DNA of 63,193 nucleotides, filler included, from Rhabdomonas costata (lineage: Eukaryota): the NCBI GenBank assembly GCA_019059605.1. It is 49 parts of 49 records of this genome, joined end to end, with 100 filler letters (N's around TTAATTAATTAA, not from the genome) between each part and the next. Parts side by side here need not be neighbours in the genome. Positions count along the whole stretch, not along the records: positions 23,256 to 24,447 come from JAHMHO010024215.1; positions 24,548 to 25,739 come from JAHMHO010024216.1; positions 25,840 to 27,029 come from JAHMHO010024217.1; positions 27,130 to 28,321 come from JAHMHO010024218.1; positions 28,422 to 29,612 come from JAHMHO010024219.1; positions 29,713 to 30,904 come from JAHMHO010024220.1; positions 31,005 to 32,196 come from JAHMHO010024221.1; positions 32,297 to 33,488 come from JAHMHO010024222.1; 41 more parts are not named here. One strand, 5' to 3'. This document shows positions 24,197 through 36,481 of this stretch, piece after piece. The notes under the pieces are model-generated. The model made no database searches, was not told the origin of the DNA, and worked only from the letters and a program-made list of their open reading frames with translations. Position numbers and translations under genes: made by a program. How positions within the stretch are numbered: the stretch's first letter is position 1; each line of letters begins with the position of its first letter.

Positions 24197-26188
24197 GTAC
24201 TATTTACGCAAATTATAATGTTATTTTGTTTTCTATTAAAGTATTGGAAAACAAAAAATATAAGTGCTTGGCAAAGTTGGAGAAGAGAGGAGGATGTTTC
24301 TGTTCAAGCCAGAAACGTTTTCAACGACGATAACGTGGATTGAGAGAGGAAGGACGGCAACAATCGCATGAGCCTCGGAGATGCCCACATGAATGAACAC
24401 CGTGGCCGTCCAACGTACTTCACCCAGGTATCATCGCCACCACACACNNNNNNNNNNNNNNNNNNNNNNNNNNNNNNNNNNNNNNNNNNNNTTAATTAAT
24501 TAANNNNNNNNNNNNNNNNNNNNNNNNNNNNNNNNNNNNNNNNNNNNGTGTTGGTGGTTGGTTGACAATGAATTGACAGAGGGTGAGTGTGTGTGCGAGA
24601 GCGTGCGAGGTAGTGAGCGTGTGAGAGAATCGATGTGTCCCGTGCCTCCTCCCCCTTCCCCTCTTTCCTTCTCGTTGGTGGAGCTTGCCTTAGCTGCTCT
24701 ACCGCAAGCGCGCCCCTTGTTTGTTTCTTTGTTGGCTTTTTTGCCCTTGTGCCTTGTGCCGTGCTACTTCTTTCTTCCCCGCTTCCGGTACCGGCCGCCT
24801 GCCTATCTCTCCTTGTCTCTCGCTCTCTCGATTCGCCGCCTTTTGCTGTCCTGCACTCTTCATCTGTCAAATCCTGCTTTCACGTGATTTGTTTGTGTCT
24901 CCCTTCCTGCAAGCTTTTTTCTTGCATTTCGTACTCTCTTTTCATTTTTATGCATTGCTTATCGCCGGGGGCCGTACATATGGGGAGGAAACACGCTCGT
25001 TTGTGAGTTGTACAGTAAGGTGAGAAATGGGGGGAAAGTGGCAGGCCCTGGTGTGTTGTATATTTTCCCGGTGCTCAGTTTGCCCTTTTTTTTTTGCCTT
25101 TCTTCCTGTTTCACCTTGCTGTGCTCTGTGACTTGATGTGTGTGATCGTGACGTTTGTGTATTGTCCTTCTTTTTCCTCTGCTGGTCCACCACTACCCAC
25201 CGCACTTCATGCAGCACCGTCTGCACCACTGGTCGTTGGCCCTCCATTGCTTGCTTCATTCTTGTGGACGACTAAGATAACAAGGGTTAATGTTAGGGTA
25301 CATTTTTGTATTGGGGCGACGCCGAAGCAGGACCGGGGTCTTTTGTATGTACAGTGGGCCTGCCACCTTCTATACGGAAGATCTCCTTGCAAAGAAGTAT
25401 CAGGCTTGGAAAGTTCCACTGTATCTTTTTTTACCCTTGCCACTTCTGCCTGATTTGTTGGGCCCAAGAAGCATTCCAAGAATCACGCGCCGCTCCGATC
25501 CGCATAAGGTATTCTTCGAACGCACTTACGAGGGCAATTTGTGGAGGTTTGCAAGATAAGCATTGCAAACCTGTGCCCGACTCGCTGAGTGGGCGATTTT
25601 CCGGTTTTGCCCTTCATTGCCTCGATTTCTATGGGTTTAGGTGGCCACCAAAGCTGCCACCAGGAAGTGCCGAGAAATGGAATTGTTGAATTGTCTCTCC
25701 TCCAGGTTTTCGCTCTTTTCTTTGTCCACCCCCCCAACCNNNNNNNNNNNNNNNNNNNNNNNNNNNNNNNNNNNNNNNNNNNNTTAATTAATTAANNNNN
25801 NNNNNNNNNNNNNNNNNNNNNNNNNNNNNNNNNNNNNNNTTTTGTGGACCGGTATATACCGTGCCTTGTTTTTTAAAGTCCGAAAGAAAAAAAGAAATGC
25901 GCATAAGACAAGGGGTCAGCCGACGGATCCTCACCCGGTAACTTCAAAAAACAAGGCACGGTATATACCGGTCCACAAAATCTACTGAGTGTTATTGCAG
26001 AACGAAATAGCAACAACTTCCACGCTTGCATTGAGCTGGAAGTGAACTGGAAGTGGACGAGACAAAAATGCGCATTAATAGCGAGACGATAAGGAGCGTC
26101 CCACTGAAAGAATGACTTTTGGTGGATCAGCTTGGGTGTAAACCGAGACTAGCACGAAAGATGCGCGAAAAAGGACAAGGGAAGAAAC

Positions 26189-26352
26189 CTTAGAGGTCTC
26201 CCAAGCTGAGGCCATCGCTTTGACACGGTGCATCGTGCGCGCCACAAACAGGCACTGGTACACGATCGCCTGCAGCACCAGAGTGTGCACCGACAGCGCG
26301 CTGGTCAGGGACTCCGACATGGAGGTGCTTGCGATGCACTGCTTCAGGATTT
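26189..26352 (-). CDS. Hypothetical internal exon
   Basis: CAG acceptor and GT donor bound an open, GC3-rich frame ILKQCIASTSMSESLTSALSVHTLVLQAIVYQCLFVARTMHRVKAMASAWETSK. Confidence 0.5.
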
Positions 26353-26897
26353 CTGAGTGGGAATAGGGATGGGGACTCACAGTCCGAGAGATCAGTACAC
26401 TGAACACTGGGCAGTGCTTGCCAAAAGGCAGGGTTTGTGTTGGAAGAGCAATTTTTTGTGGAAAAACGAAAAACGGCAATGTCATAGAATGAAGTTCGCC
26501 CTCCACACCAAAGAACAAAATCTGAACTCACCTTCGCACCGTCGTTGGGAAGGCATACGAAAACGTAAAAAGCGTTACAAAGCACCATGGTGCAAAGGGA
26601 CACACACAATTCCTCGTTCCAACAAGAGCAAAATTCTTAAATCACTATATTATATCGCGGACACTTTCATTTGGCGAACTCAAAGAGAAGGATTGTGAGC
26701 ACACCAACCAACAAACATTCTCCCCTGGAAAACTCCTGAAAACCCAAATTCAGACAAAAAAAGTTAAACCTTGGCGTGAAAAGAGACTCAAATCAAGGTA
26801 CGGGCGAAGTTCATGCGCTTTGGGGTACCAAAGAGCTCGGTTGACAATGGGTACGCTTTTCAGAACAAAGACAGTCACCGCCTTTTTGCAGCTCAGT

Positions 26898-26983
26898 GTA
26901 GCTTTTTCTCCCGCCGAAAAACCGCTAGTAAGTCCGAAAGTAGCTTTTTCTCCCGCCGAAAAACCGCTAGTAAGTCCGAAAGT
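26898..26983. repeat. Perfect tandem duplication of a 42-bp unit
   Basis: GTAGCTTTTTCTCCCGCCGAAAAACCGCTAGTAAGTCCGAAA x2. Confidence 0.92.
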
Positions 26984-27152
26984 GTGTCTTTTTTTTGGAA
27001 ACAAAAAAAAACCAAATGAGAACGTCATANNNNNNNNNNNNNNNNNNNNNNNNNNNNNNNNNNNNNNNNNNNNTTAATTAATTAANNNNNNNNNNNNNNN
27101 NNNNNNNNNNNNNNNNNNNNNNNNNNNNNGTGGTGGGTGTGTTTGGTTTTGG

Positions 27153-27287
27153 TTTTCAAAACTTTTACCTAAAAAAAGTATGAAATATTGGTTAGACTTA
27201 CAGACTGAACATGACGTGGAGTATGCAACTAAAAGTTATGGTAAGATAAAAATAGAGCCTTTAAATACTAAAAAGCAAGAGGAATAG
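27153..27287 (+). CDS. Bacterial HigA-like antitoxin, C-terminal fragment
   Basis: FSKLLPKKSMKYWLDLQTEHDVEYA resembles the HigA C-terminal S..FWLNLQ..YDL motif; the 5' end is truncated by the contig edge. Confidence 0.55.
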   Translation, partial: FSKLLPKKSMKYWLDLQTEHDVEYATKSYGKIKIEPLNTKKQEE

Positions 27288-27292
27288 TAACA

Positions 27293-27625
27293 ATGGCACA
27301 TATAGATACGTTAAAAGCATATGACGACTTAATATCTACTGGAATAAAAAACGATCAAGCTAGAGCGCATGTTAGAACTTTAGAAGCTAGCTTTGATAAT
27401 GTAGCAACTAAAAAAGATTTAGACCTGCTGGAAGAAAAGTTAGAAACAAAATTAGGAACTAAAATAGATGCTTTGGAAGCAAAAATAGACTCTAGGTTTA
27501 GAGAAATGGACTCAAAGTTCGCATCCATAAAAACTATGGGATGGGCTATGTTTGTAGTTGTTTGTATTCCTATATTACAAAATTTATCTGGTTTGTTTAG
27601 TATTTGGAAACAGCTGGTGAAGTAA
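27293..27625 (+). CDS. Bacterial DUF1640/CCDC90-like coiled-coil protein with C-terminal membrane anchor
   Basis: IDTLKAYDDLISTGIKNDQARA..VATKKDL followed by a coiled coil and a hydrophobic tail; purine-rich SD-like AAGAGGA upstream. Confidence 0.8.
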   Translation: MAHIDTLKAYDDLISTGIKNDQARAHVRTLEASFDNVATKKDLDLLEEKLETKLGTKIDALEAKIDSRFREMDSKFASIKTMGWAMFVVVCIPILQNLSGLFSIWKQLVK

Positions 27626-27637
27626 GAAGTAATCCGA

Positions 27638-27829
27638 ATGAACACTATAAATAAACCAAAAAGCCACGATACTCAAGAATTTGCTGAATTAAAATCAGGC
27701 ATAGAAAACCTCATTAAAATTGATCGGCTTAAGTTCTGGCGTCAAGAAAACAAAAAGATTAGGCAAGAAAAGCTTTACAGAAGATACTTGAAGCTTAAAG
27801 AGCGACGAAAGCAAGGCGGGCGTACATGA
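27638..27829 (+). CDS. Small basic bacterial hypothetical protein (63 aa)
   Basis: Tightly packed co-directional ORF; its stop overlaps the next start (ATGA). Confidence 0.6.
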   Translation: MNTINKPKSHDTQEFAELKSGIENLIKIDRLKFWRQENKKIRQEKLYRRYLKLKERRKQGGRT

Positions 27830-27996
27830 TTTGGAAGAAACCTACTGACCAGAACCAAGCACCAATTACCCACGGCTCTCAAGTTGGTACACAACTAGAT
27901 CTAGATTCAGAAGATGAATTTACTACAGCAGACTGGGTGGAAATTGGACAATATATTGACGAGCTGAAGAAAGAAATTCTTAAGAAACCCAAATAA
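27826..27996 (+). CDS. Small bacterial hypothetical protein (56 aa), missing from the ORF track
   Basis: MIWKKPTDQNQAPITHGSQVGTQLDLDSEDEFTTADWVEIGQYIDELKKEILKKPK*; ATGA overlap with the upstream ORF suggests translational coupling. Confidence 0.6.
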   Translation: MIWKKPTDQNQAPITHGSQVGTQLDLDSEDEFTTADWVEIGQYIDELKKEILKKPK

Positions 27997-28054
27997 TGAT
28001 AAAATGTACTGAAACATTATCTGATTTTATGAAATCTACAAAAAAGGGGCTTTT

Positions 28055-28321
28055 ATGACTACTTTTACTGGCACTGAAGAAGACGTTGTAGTTACTATAA
28101 AAAATCTTGTAGAACTTGAGTATGAAACTAAAGAAGCTTATGACCAAGCTATTAAGCGGTTAGAAAACCTTGATTATAAAGTAAAACTGCGTGAATTTTG
28201 CCAAAATCATGAGCAACACATATTAAACCTGTCTAAGCTGTTGCAAAACCACAATGAACAACCACCTATAGAACCTAGCACTATTAAAAATTGGCTTACT
28301 AAAGGCAAGGTGGTTATTGCT
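28055..28321 (+). CDS. Bacterial ferritin-like (DUF2383/PA2169-type) protein, 3' truncated
   Basis: LVELEYETKEAYDQAIKRL..KLREFCQNHEQHILNL..WLTKGKVVIA fits a ferritin-like four-helix bundle with ExxH-like ligands; SD AAGGGG upstream. Confidence 0.8.
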
Positions 28322-29712
28322 NNNNNNNNNNNNNNNNNNNNNNNNNNNNNNNNNNNNNNNNNNNNTTAATTAATTAANNNNNNNNNNNNNNNNNNNNNNN
28401 NNNNNNNNNNNNNNNNNNNNNTTTGTGGTGTGATAGATATTGTATTTGAAGCTGGGGATTTAACATAAAGCTTTCGGAAATTATTAACCTTCAGAAATTC
28501 GTCTTCCCGGCAGCCATTCCAATCGATCCGCAGAGCCCCAAAACGTTCGATGCTGTTTTAGGGTTTGCTGAACCGGGGAATGCTCTAAAACACCCCCCAG
28601 TGTCCTTGGGGCCCCAAAATGTGACTGTATACAAAGGGTCGAAATCCGCTCGTTTTGATCCGAACCTCCTGCTTTCGTACAGACGCACCTTCCGTACCTG
28701 CCCCGCAATCGTCTCTGCTTGGAAATGGGATCTCCATGCCACTGATTGAAGTTCAGGTGTGCCAGTGTTTTTTTTGTGCTCCTCTTACTTTTTATTTTCG
28801 TCCTCCTTGGTCAGCATTGCAGCGTAGTTTTGGGTTTTCTTCAAGATTCCAGGTACTTTTGTAGCAATGCTCCCTGTTGCTTGTGCATCTTCATTAAATT
28901 AGTGAGGCCCCAGCGGGTTGAATATTGCACATACACGCACACACTTTGGACCGCTCTTCAATTTACAGAAATGTTCGTAAACGCTGCATCAATTCCCCCT
29001 AACAACGTTTCACCTTCTCTTCGTGTTCCGCGGCATGGCAGATCTTCAGTTCTGTTTTTTTCGTTTTGGTTTGTTGCGTGGGGCTTTTTCTCTCAGGTGG
29101 AGCTTCCCTCTGAGATCTGCTCCGCGGTGTGTGATATGTGCGTTGAGTTTCGTTCAGCTGGATGCTTCATCTGCCAGTGTCCAATTACTGCGATCCAAAA
29201 CCGAAGCCCACCCTTTCACTTCTGAACTGACTGCTCCTCGGTATTCGGCACTGCACGAGCTGTGCTGTTAACGGGCATGTGTCGGCACCGCTTTTTGTTT
29301 TTTCGTTGCCACTCGTTGCCACGCAATATGTGATCAGTAGGTTTTATCCCCTTTTTGGCAAAGCCCTTCCTCCATTCATGCCTTTGAAGCCAGGCGCATG
29401 ATTCTTTTTCACATCTTTTGATTATTTCTACTACTGCATCACTGCGCCGACTCTGCAGGCCCACTGCCATTTTTTCGTCTGAGTGAATCACATGTGCACC
29501 AAATGACGAGTGATTTTCCCCCAGGGCCCCGATACGGAAGCCCCAAGCTTCGACCTGTTCATGGGTGGACGGTATGCCAGCCTACAGCCTACAGTTCCTT
29601 CTCAAACCAAAANNNNNNNNNNNNNNNNNNNNNNNNNNNNNNNNNNNNNNNNNNNNTTAATTAATTAANNNNNNNNNNNNNNNNNNNNNNNNNNNNNNNN
29701 NNNNNNNNNNNN

Positions 29713-30820
29713 GGGTTGTGGGACAGAAGCAGGTGAGAGCGCTCCTGGATTCGGGGGCGTCAGAATCTTTTGTAAGTTAGGATGTGGTGATGGAGTTGGG
29801 GTTGAAGCAGTTTCCTTTGAAGCAACCTCTGACAGTTAGAGTGGCCAATGGTAAAGGTCTGGCTGTGACGCATTTTGTCACATTGGTGGGGAGTCTTGGG
29901 CCAATGCCTGTCAAGTTGTTTTTGAGAGTAATAAAGACTACGATTCCCATTGCTTTGGGCTACAAGTTCTTGGTGCGTGTGCAGCCGTTTGTGGAATGGA
30001 AGAGGCGATTGGTCAGAGTGGAACGGAAATGAGATACAGGCACTTTTGAGATACAGGCACTCCCAGCGGCAGAGTCGTTTCTTATAACCTGCCCCGGTAA
30101 AAAGCAGCACAGTTGGGAGAGGGGCAGTCTTGGCAACGCTGGGGAGGAAGTTTCAGCTCTTCAGTGCGTTAAGGCTTAAGGGACAGTAACGAACCAAGAG
30201 AAGTAGAGGAAATATCACCAACAGCGGCGCATCAGAGAGAGCTGGCGAGATCGCAGGAACCAAAGTGGAAAGCAGAAAATAAGTTAAATAATTCGCCTCG
30301 GAAAGTGGTGGAAACGTTAATTAAGGAAGTTGATCACACGGTCTGTGGACCAGAATGTGAGGTGCATCCCGTACCGCCGGAGATACTGGAGATGAACAAG
30401 GAGTTTTCCCATCTCTTTCCAGAGAAGTTGCCATGTGGACTCCCTCCCTCGAGACCAAAGAACCATAGGATCGATTTAATGCCGGAGAGTAAGGCCACAG
30501 CGCAGAGACTGTACCTTATGTCACCAGCGGAAGATCAGGAGCTGATGAAGCAGCTTAAGTCGCTGCAGGACTTGGGCTTTATCGAGCCGGCGACATCGCC
30601 GTTTGGGGCGTGTTGTTCGTTCCAAAAGCGAACTGGAAGCTGAGGTTGGGTGTGGACTTCCCCCCGGTGAATTCAATTACGGTGACGGACTCGTACCCGT
30701 TGCCGAGGATTGAAGAGATGATTGACAGGGCGGGGCACTCAAAGTGGTTCACGAAATTAGATTTGCATTAAGGCTTTCACCAGATCATGACCCATCCGAC
30801 GCACATTGAGAGGACGGCAT
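29713..30820 (+). mobile_element. Ty3/gypsy pol relic: aspartic protease + N-terminal reverse transcriptase
   Basis: ALLDSGASESFVS (protease), then GLPPSR..HRIDL, LGFIEPATSPFGA/VLFVPK..LRLGVDF, DSYPLPRIEEM..FTKLDLH*GFHQI..ERTAF. Stops and a frameshift are present. Confidence 0.95.
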
Positions 30821-31004
30821 TCAATGTGCGTCGGATGGGTCATGATCTGGTGAAAGCCTTAATGCAAATCTAATTTCGTGAACCACTTTGAGTGCCCCCC
30901 CCACNNNNNNNNNNNNNNNNNNNNNNNNNNNNNNNNNNNNNNNNNNNNTTAATTAATTAANNNNNNNNNNNNNNNNNNNNNNNNNNNNNNNNNNNNNNNN
31001 NNNN

Positions 31005-31460
31005 TTGTGGTGTTTTTTCACGGGTGATCGTTGGACCCTACTTTTTCTAGTGACGTGGAAGGACTGTTACTGTGGCCGGAGCCCTGTGCAAGTGGATGCT
31101 GGACGAGTTTCGTCTTGTTCCGTCTCTACGCCGACGCCATATTCCCATACACATGGTGCTACGGTGCTGGTCCCCACACAAAGCGTTGTGTTTTTGGCCC
31201 GACTTTACAGTCTCTTTCCTGGAAACGTTCTTTCCAAGTGGTGTACTGTCACATTTGACACCAATGTCACCGCACCTCTCCCACTGGACTTTTTGTTGTG
31301 GGGCCAACTTAAGGAGACCGTCTTCGCCCAACAGGTGCGCACGCTACTGCAGCTTCAAAGCCGTGTGACTCACGCCCTCCGCCACTTTCAAGAAGGCCAT
31401 GGATAACGTGGCCACGCCAACGCGGACGACACCTGGAGACAATGCTTTGCAAAGGTGATT
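31005..31460 (+). mobile_element. Tc1/mariner-superfamily transposase relic (C-terminal catalytic region)
   Basis: xGAGPH (from QDGAPPH), LFPG, PMSPHLS/PLDFLLWGQLKETVF..TLLQLQSRV match WPPxSPDLNPLDFFLWGxLK; frameshifted. Confidence 0.8.
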
Positions 31461-34086
31461 ATTATCCCTCTTCTGTTAAAGTCACTGTAACCCAACCTCA
31501 AGCATTTTACCTACTGTTATGTAACAAGCTTAAACAACTGGTTAAATATATTTTAAAAATGGGAGTGTAACAATTACATGCAAACGCCAAGAAACAACTT
31601 TTCGAATTTTATTCAAAAAGTATTGTTACATATTAACTGGGACACCCGGTATGATTCGACGGTTCCACTACCATTGCACAAAAAATGGGCTGAAAGCCTT
31701 GCATCGATATCGGAGCGGCCATGTGGAACATTGGCTTGCTCTGGAGCGTCCGGTGTTGAAAACGTTGAAGACAACAGAGCGGCCGGTGTGACGATTAAAA
31801 TTCTGTAGGTGTGTCTGAAGACAACTCTTGAGCGTCCAGTGTCGGCTTGGCTTTGACCTGGGCTTGTACAGACGGTTAGTCATGCCATTCGCTGAAGCAT
31901 TCAGCATTCTTCTGCGAGCAATCTGGTGGCTATAAGAATGAATGGACGTTCACACTGTCTCTGTACGGTGGAGTGCTCTCCGCAATCAACCTGCCGTGCT
32001 TCGAGCAAACTGATGTGTCGCTTGTCCAGGATGGAGAGAGCCTCAAGCAAAGCAACCTTCCGCTGTACCTACAACTGTGCACTAGGCAAACAGATGTTTG
32101 CACTCGCATTTGTGGTCACAAAACTGAAAACTCCCGTAGTGTTCTACTACAAAAGCTACAGACAACACACACTACGCAACACCCTACGCCACATAANNNN
32201 NNNNNNNNNNNNNNNNNNNNNNNNNNNNNNNNNNNNNNNNTTAATTAATTAANNNNNNNNNNNNNNNNNNNNNNNNNNNNNNNNNNNNNNNNNNNNGGTG
32301 TTGGGGGCGACCTCCCCACAAGGGCTGGAGGACGCCTCCACAAAAAAGGAGCACTGTGGGCGCCGGGCCATCACGTTGAAGTTTGCAAGAAAAAGAAAAA
32401 GACAAACTGTGCGCGCGTTGTGGAGAGGCTGTGTCAAAAACCGCGAAAAGGAGAAGAAACAACGCACAAGCACTCAGAAACTCCAAACGGGCACCCAGAG
32501 CCCTTTCGGGAAAACCAATGTTCGAAATGGAGCCTCTCCATGCCGCGCGAACCTCCTTCCCCCTACCTCCTGGTTGACCCTTTGTCTGAAACGACTTCAA
32601 CTGGTTCGTTGGGTGCTCGGCGCCGCAGACCTTCAGCTTTCGGAAAGGGTGAGGGGAGCTTGAATCATCCGAACTTCACCTGAAATCCGTCTGCATATCA
32701 TCGACGCTGTCAACTGGACAGCGCAGATGTTTTTGAGTTGTTGGATTTCGAATGGAAATAAGCCGAGGAGAGTGCGATATATTGCTACAGCTACAGTTCT
32801 CAACAGTGCTGCAGAGCGAAGGGTGTAAAAACGCAACCACGGTGTGCATGCACACGGAAAGGCTACAGAGGAGGAGCCGGTGACAATGCCGACGCACTCA
32901 AGCCGCTTCCATTTCCCATCGAAACCGGGACAGTCGGGGCAGGGCGACAGAATTTCACATTTTGAGATCCGAATTGTTTTCCTTTGACTAAGGAGCATAT
33001 TTCTGCGCTCGTTTGCTTCTGTACACAGTGTCACGGATTAACCCTCACTTCTCTTGGCTCTATTGTTTGTTCAGATCCCAACATCCTTGTCCTTGTGATA
33101 AATAGCATGGAAAGCTCAAATCATGTGTGCAAATACATATGACGACATGTTGGTCTCGGCGCCTATCATACCGTCGGTAACTTTTGCGAACGAAAAATTC
33201 TGGCGGGCCGCGGAGGGGGGGAGGGCACACTTTTGTATGGATGTTAGTCTCCGAGCAGTGTCAGAGGGCAGAAGTTGCTAGCAGAGCATCAGACGCCGGT
33301 TGGATATCCCAGTGGAACTGTGCGGGGGTCAGAGAATTTTGAGGGAACAGATCTGCCAGACTGGTGCGCATGAATACTTCCCGGAGGGCAGTTTCTGTCA
33401 GCTCACCTCAGGCAAGCGTTGCCTGCAACCTCAACTTCAGGGAGACTTCCGGGCGTTTTCCTGGCCACATAATTGTTGCACACAAAACNNNNNNNNNNNN
33501 NNNNNNNNNNNNNNNNNNNNNNNNNNNNNNNNTTAATTAATTAANNNNNNNNNNNNNNNNNNNNNNNNNNNNNNNNNNNNNNNNNNNNGTGGTGGTGGAA
33601 TAGCCCAGCCGCCCATGGACGGCTGGGCTATTCCTCCACGGCCGGGGTTACGTCTCGACATATATTTGGCGGTTAGAGTGCCTGTATTCCGATGACCTGC
33701 AGCGAGCACCCTGACAACGCATCACCACGGTGGTTAAGTTTCAGGAGCAGTACAGGTATCCGTCTGTGTAGTTGGTCAGCAACAGAATGAAGGGAGGGCA
33801 AAGATTCAACAAGATGAGAGAGAAAGCTCGCAAAAGGCTGGCCACTCTCCCTTCGTCGCAGTGCTCCCTTTCAAGCACAGCTGGAGGCAGTTCGACCGGC
33901 GGCTGTCTTCTTGGGCTCATGGTTGATCATGGCTGATGGGACCTGCTCACTAACGATTCCCGGGCTGGCTGCGATGCCGAAGCATGCAGACTTTCTAACT
34001 ATCGTTACGACGCAACTCAGAACGAGGAATAAGGCCTCTTTTTGTTGATCACTCGCAATTTGACTTTGCACCATCCTTCCCTGCAG

Positions 34087-34780
34087 ACACCACCTGCCGG
34101 CCCTACCGGAGCTGCGGAAGCTGCATCTCAGGCTGCGGGTGGTGCGCCTCCAACTCCACGTGCATGGCAGGCACCCCCTCGGGGCCGACCTCCGCCTTCT
34201 GCTCCGTGTGGGCGTGGACCTCCGCAGACTGCAATGCACGTATGGCTGGCGTTCTTCCTCGCTGTTTGTTTGCATATGTGCTTATGTGCATTTGGGTGTG
34301 TGTCGTCACCTTTGGGTGATGAAGGAAGGGAGGCATTGCCAGAGCTTTGCCTAGTGAAAAGTCTGATTTTATGTGCTGTTTGCCACGATCCTCGAAACTC
34401 TTCGTACCTGGCCCCACACACCCAAGCGCGCTCTTGTTCGTGCGAGGTGGTAACTTACAGGAAGATGCGCATTTAAACCAAGACCGATTTGCTGAGTGCT
34501 GCAGAGTTTTCACCGCTTCAGACTTCGCTGACCAGAACATCCATACACCTGTAGCGAACGGCAGAAAGGAGGGGAGGCAGACGACTTCCACTAAGCCCTG
34601 TGAATTATCCTTTTCTTCACTCACAGTCAGCACGTTGAGGTGCTACGTGCCATCGACACTACCGTTGGGCTACTCATACATCGGCAGTGGTTGTGGGCCT
34701 GGGAATGTCAGTGCGGCGAGCTGCACGGGTCTGACTTGTGCCTCGGGCTTCTCTGGCGCCGTGTCCATAACCACACCCCC
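34087..34780 (+). CDS. Cys-rich extracellular protein with a PSI-like domain, internal exons
   Basis: Exon 34087-34239 (TTCRPYRSCGSCISGCGWCASNSTCMAGTPSGP..CSVWAWTSADC) has the PSI C..C..C..CGWC..C pattern; phase-compatible exon from 34627 (CYVPSTLP..CGPG..SCTGLTCASGFSG). Confidence 0.75.
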
Positions 34781-36481
34781 NNNNNNNNNNNNNNNNNNNN
34801 NNNNNNNNNNNNNNNNNNNNNNNNTTAATTAATTAANNNNNNNNNNNNNNNNNNNNNNNNNNNNNNNNNNNNNNNNNNNNGCTGTTTGGGGGGGGGGGGG
34901 CAGGTCCTCTCGGGGCACATCGCCCGGTCAGGGCTCGCGCTCCTCTTCCCCGTCCTCCTCCTCTTCCCGAGAGCGGCAGTCCAACAAGAGAGGCAGACCT
35001 CCCTCGCCAGACTCTGAGCGGAGCAGGTTGGAAGGATAAGAAGAGGGGGGGAGGTGCCTCGGATGTGCTGGAGCCCGAGATGAGCAGAACGAAGAGAGCA
35101 TAATCCCAGCTGCACGCCGACACACACACACACACACACACGAAATGGAACAGAAAAAATCCCGCTGGCGCGGTGACCCCGGGCACCGCAGGTCCAAGGT
35201 TAAGGGATAGGACAACGTGACACGGGGAGCCGTGTCCTGCAGGAAAAACAACAATCCAAAAAGAAAAGAAAGGAAAGGAAAAAAGAAAGAACCTCGCGGG
35301 ACGCCACCATCACCGCGAGCGAGCCAAGGGGGCGTCAAGGGGGCGCAGCCGCGGCAACACGGCACACCTCAAGAAAGACGAAAAAAAACCGCGACTCCAC
35401 TGTATACTTGATAAACAGCCCGGCCGCCTCTCGGGGCTGAGGGATGTGGCAGCAGTGAGGAAGGTGGTATTAACCCCGGTGTGCAACGGTGTCCCTTTGT
35501 GTGCCTGAGGGAGGAGCGCCCGGCATGAACCCGCGTAGAGACGGACCCAGTGCGCAGAGGCAGAAGCGGACCATCGAGCATCACAAGAAATCCGTTACGC
35601 TACCACTAACGGGAATCGACAGAACTCGCAGACACACAATGGCAAAGATTAAGTGAGGCAACTCCGAGGTAGAGGAGATTAAGAAGGAGAAGGAGCTGCA
35701 ATGCCAACCATAGAGTGCTGGCACGGCAACGCCTGTAGATACCTGTGCTGCCCGTTCACGCATCCGAAAGAATCGTTCCCACGAGAAAAGGCCCCAGCCC
35801 CCCAAGGAAGCAGTGTGGAGTCGCAGAGACCCGAGCCGCAATGGAGCAGCGCGGGTAGCCGCTGGAAAAGAGCAGCTGCGCGACTAAGGCCCGGGAGCCG
35901 TGGGGCAGAAGGGAGGTTACCAGATGTGGAACGTTCGATGGTGAGCCGGTGCCGGTTCCGCGGCACCATTCGCTCCAGCGGCACCTCTTGCGAGCACCCG
36001 TGGCCAACGGCGCGTGTGCCCGTCAGTCCACAGTGGTCACCAACAACCAAGCAACGATCAATCACACAACACNNNNNNNNNNNNNNNNNNNNNNNNNNNN
36101 NNNNNNNNNNNNNNNNTTAATTAATTAANNNNNNNNNNNNNNNNNNNNNNNNNNNNNNNNNNNNNNNNNNNNGTTGAATGGGCCACCGCCAAGGCATCCA
36201 AAGCCAACAGCCATACCCAAACCAGAACCCTTGCCAAAATCCAAACAACAGACCATAATGGTGCGTGTATGTAGGACAAAGGGCACGATGACTGAGGCTA
36301 TATAAGAGCCCATGGGTCCGTTCGCCCTCGGGTTTGATACAGAGCAGTCGCTCGTCCATTGCCACCTGTGTCCCTGGTGTCCCTGGTGTGAATTCACGAT
36401 GACACCCCTCGGGGTAACCGCCGCTGCGAATTATGGTACAACCACTGAGAGAAATGAGCGCGCGAGGTTCAGCCGCATCAC

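Noticed and set aside
23955-24218. 87-aa plus-strand membrane-like ORF
   Set aside because: Antisense shadow of the AT-rich viral-like pseudogene on the minus strand.
29713-30820. In-frame stops as evidence of stop-codon reassignment
   Set aside because: In-frame stops occur only in mobile or viral relics together with frameshifts; conserved host exons have none and end at normal TGA codons.
34230-34245. GC donor (AAT|GCACGT) in the PSI-domain gene
   Set aside because: A GT donor 4 nt downstream (34240) is phase compatible with the acceptor at 34626.
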